From Octopus sinensis (taxonomy: Eukaryota): 34,296 nucleotides of DNA. The position numbers and the translations under genes were made by a program. The DNA lies in the NCBI RefSeq assembly GCF_006345805.1, contig NW_021833534.1, positions 1 to 34,296 on the forward strand, given 5' to 3'. Positions 33,903 through 34,296 of the stretch are shown here, in pieces; positions within the stretch are counted from its first letter, which is position 1, and every line of letters starts with the position of its first letter. The notes under the pieces are model-generated. The model was not told where the DNA came from. It saw only the letters and a list, made by a program, of their open reading frames with translations, and ran no database searches.

Positions 33903-34296
33903 TTAAAAAATAACTTTTTGTAACTAAACACTTTCAAACTTCGGACACTAGTAGAATGTGTCATATAAAACATCTTTTACTCTTGGCATTTTTGAGAAAA
34001 AAAACTTATATTTACGAAGTTATTTCCCGTTAAAGTTCTCGTATTTCAGTAATTTCAACCAATCAATGACGTGTATTCAGCTGAATAAAATTGCTGCCGT
34101 TGTTTGTGAACAAGAACTTCTGGCAGTGGATATTTCGTTTGTCACTGTTATTTATGATAACCTTAACCCTAAAACCCTAACCCCAACTCTAAAACCTTAA
34201 CCCTAACCCTAACCCTAAAACCTTAAAACCAGTACAACGCACGAATGATGTCATAAATAACAGTGACAACGAAATTACTCTGCCGAAAGTTCTTGT
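33903..34296. mobile_element. Diverged relative of the TTAGGG-MITE with an inverted repeat around (CCCTAA)n
   Basis: About 33903-34000 resembles the reverse complement of 2105-2205; aatttcaaccaatcaatgacgt is shared; 34110-34157 inverted to 34251-34296. Confidence 0.65.

Overview
AT-rich, repeat-saturated eukaryotic DNA, intronic or intergenic in character. The SINE and microsatellite repertoire resembles an octopus/cephalopod genome (recognised from memory, not by database search). No complete protein-coding gene is supported; nearly all ORF-track entries are microsatellite or SINE read-throughs. The window holds dozens of tRNA-derived SINE copies (at least 5 families, several with clear target-site duplications, TSDs), head-to-tail SINE multimers, several MITE/DNA-transposon-like elements (one family carries internal TTAGGG repeats), a Helitron/Helentron-like element, a decayed CRE-type non-LTR retrotransposon 3' end (zinc knuckle plus restriction-like endonuclease), minisatellites and long microsatellites. 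The most notable structure is at 3.66-4.54 kb: an apparently intact minus-strand hammerhead ribozyme with U3-A8 covariation lies about 50 nt from a plus-strand hammerhead with a long helix II, and the plus-strand motif occurs twice with a different core lesion in each copy. A possible cluster of small exons lies at 20.65-21.47 kb. Homopolymer differences between local duplicates suggest some indels may be assembly errors.
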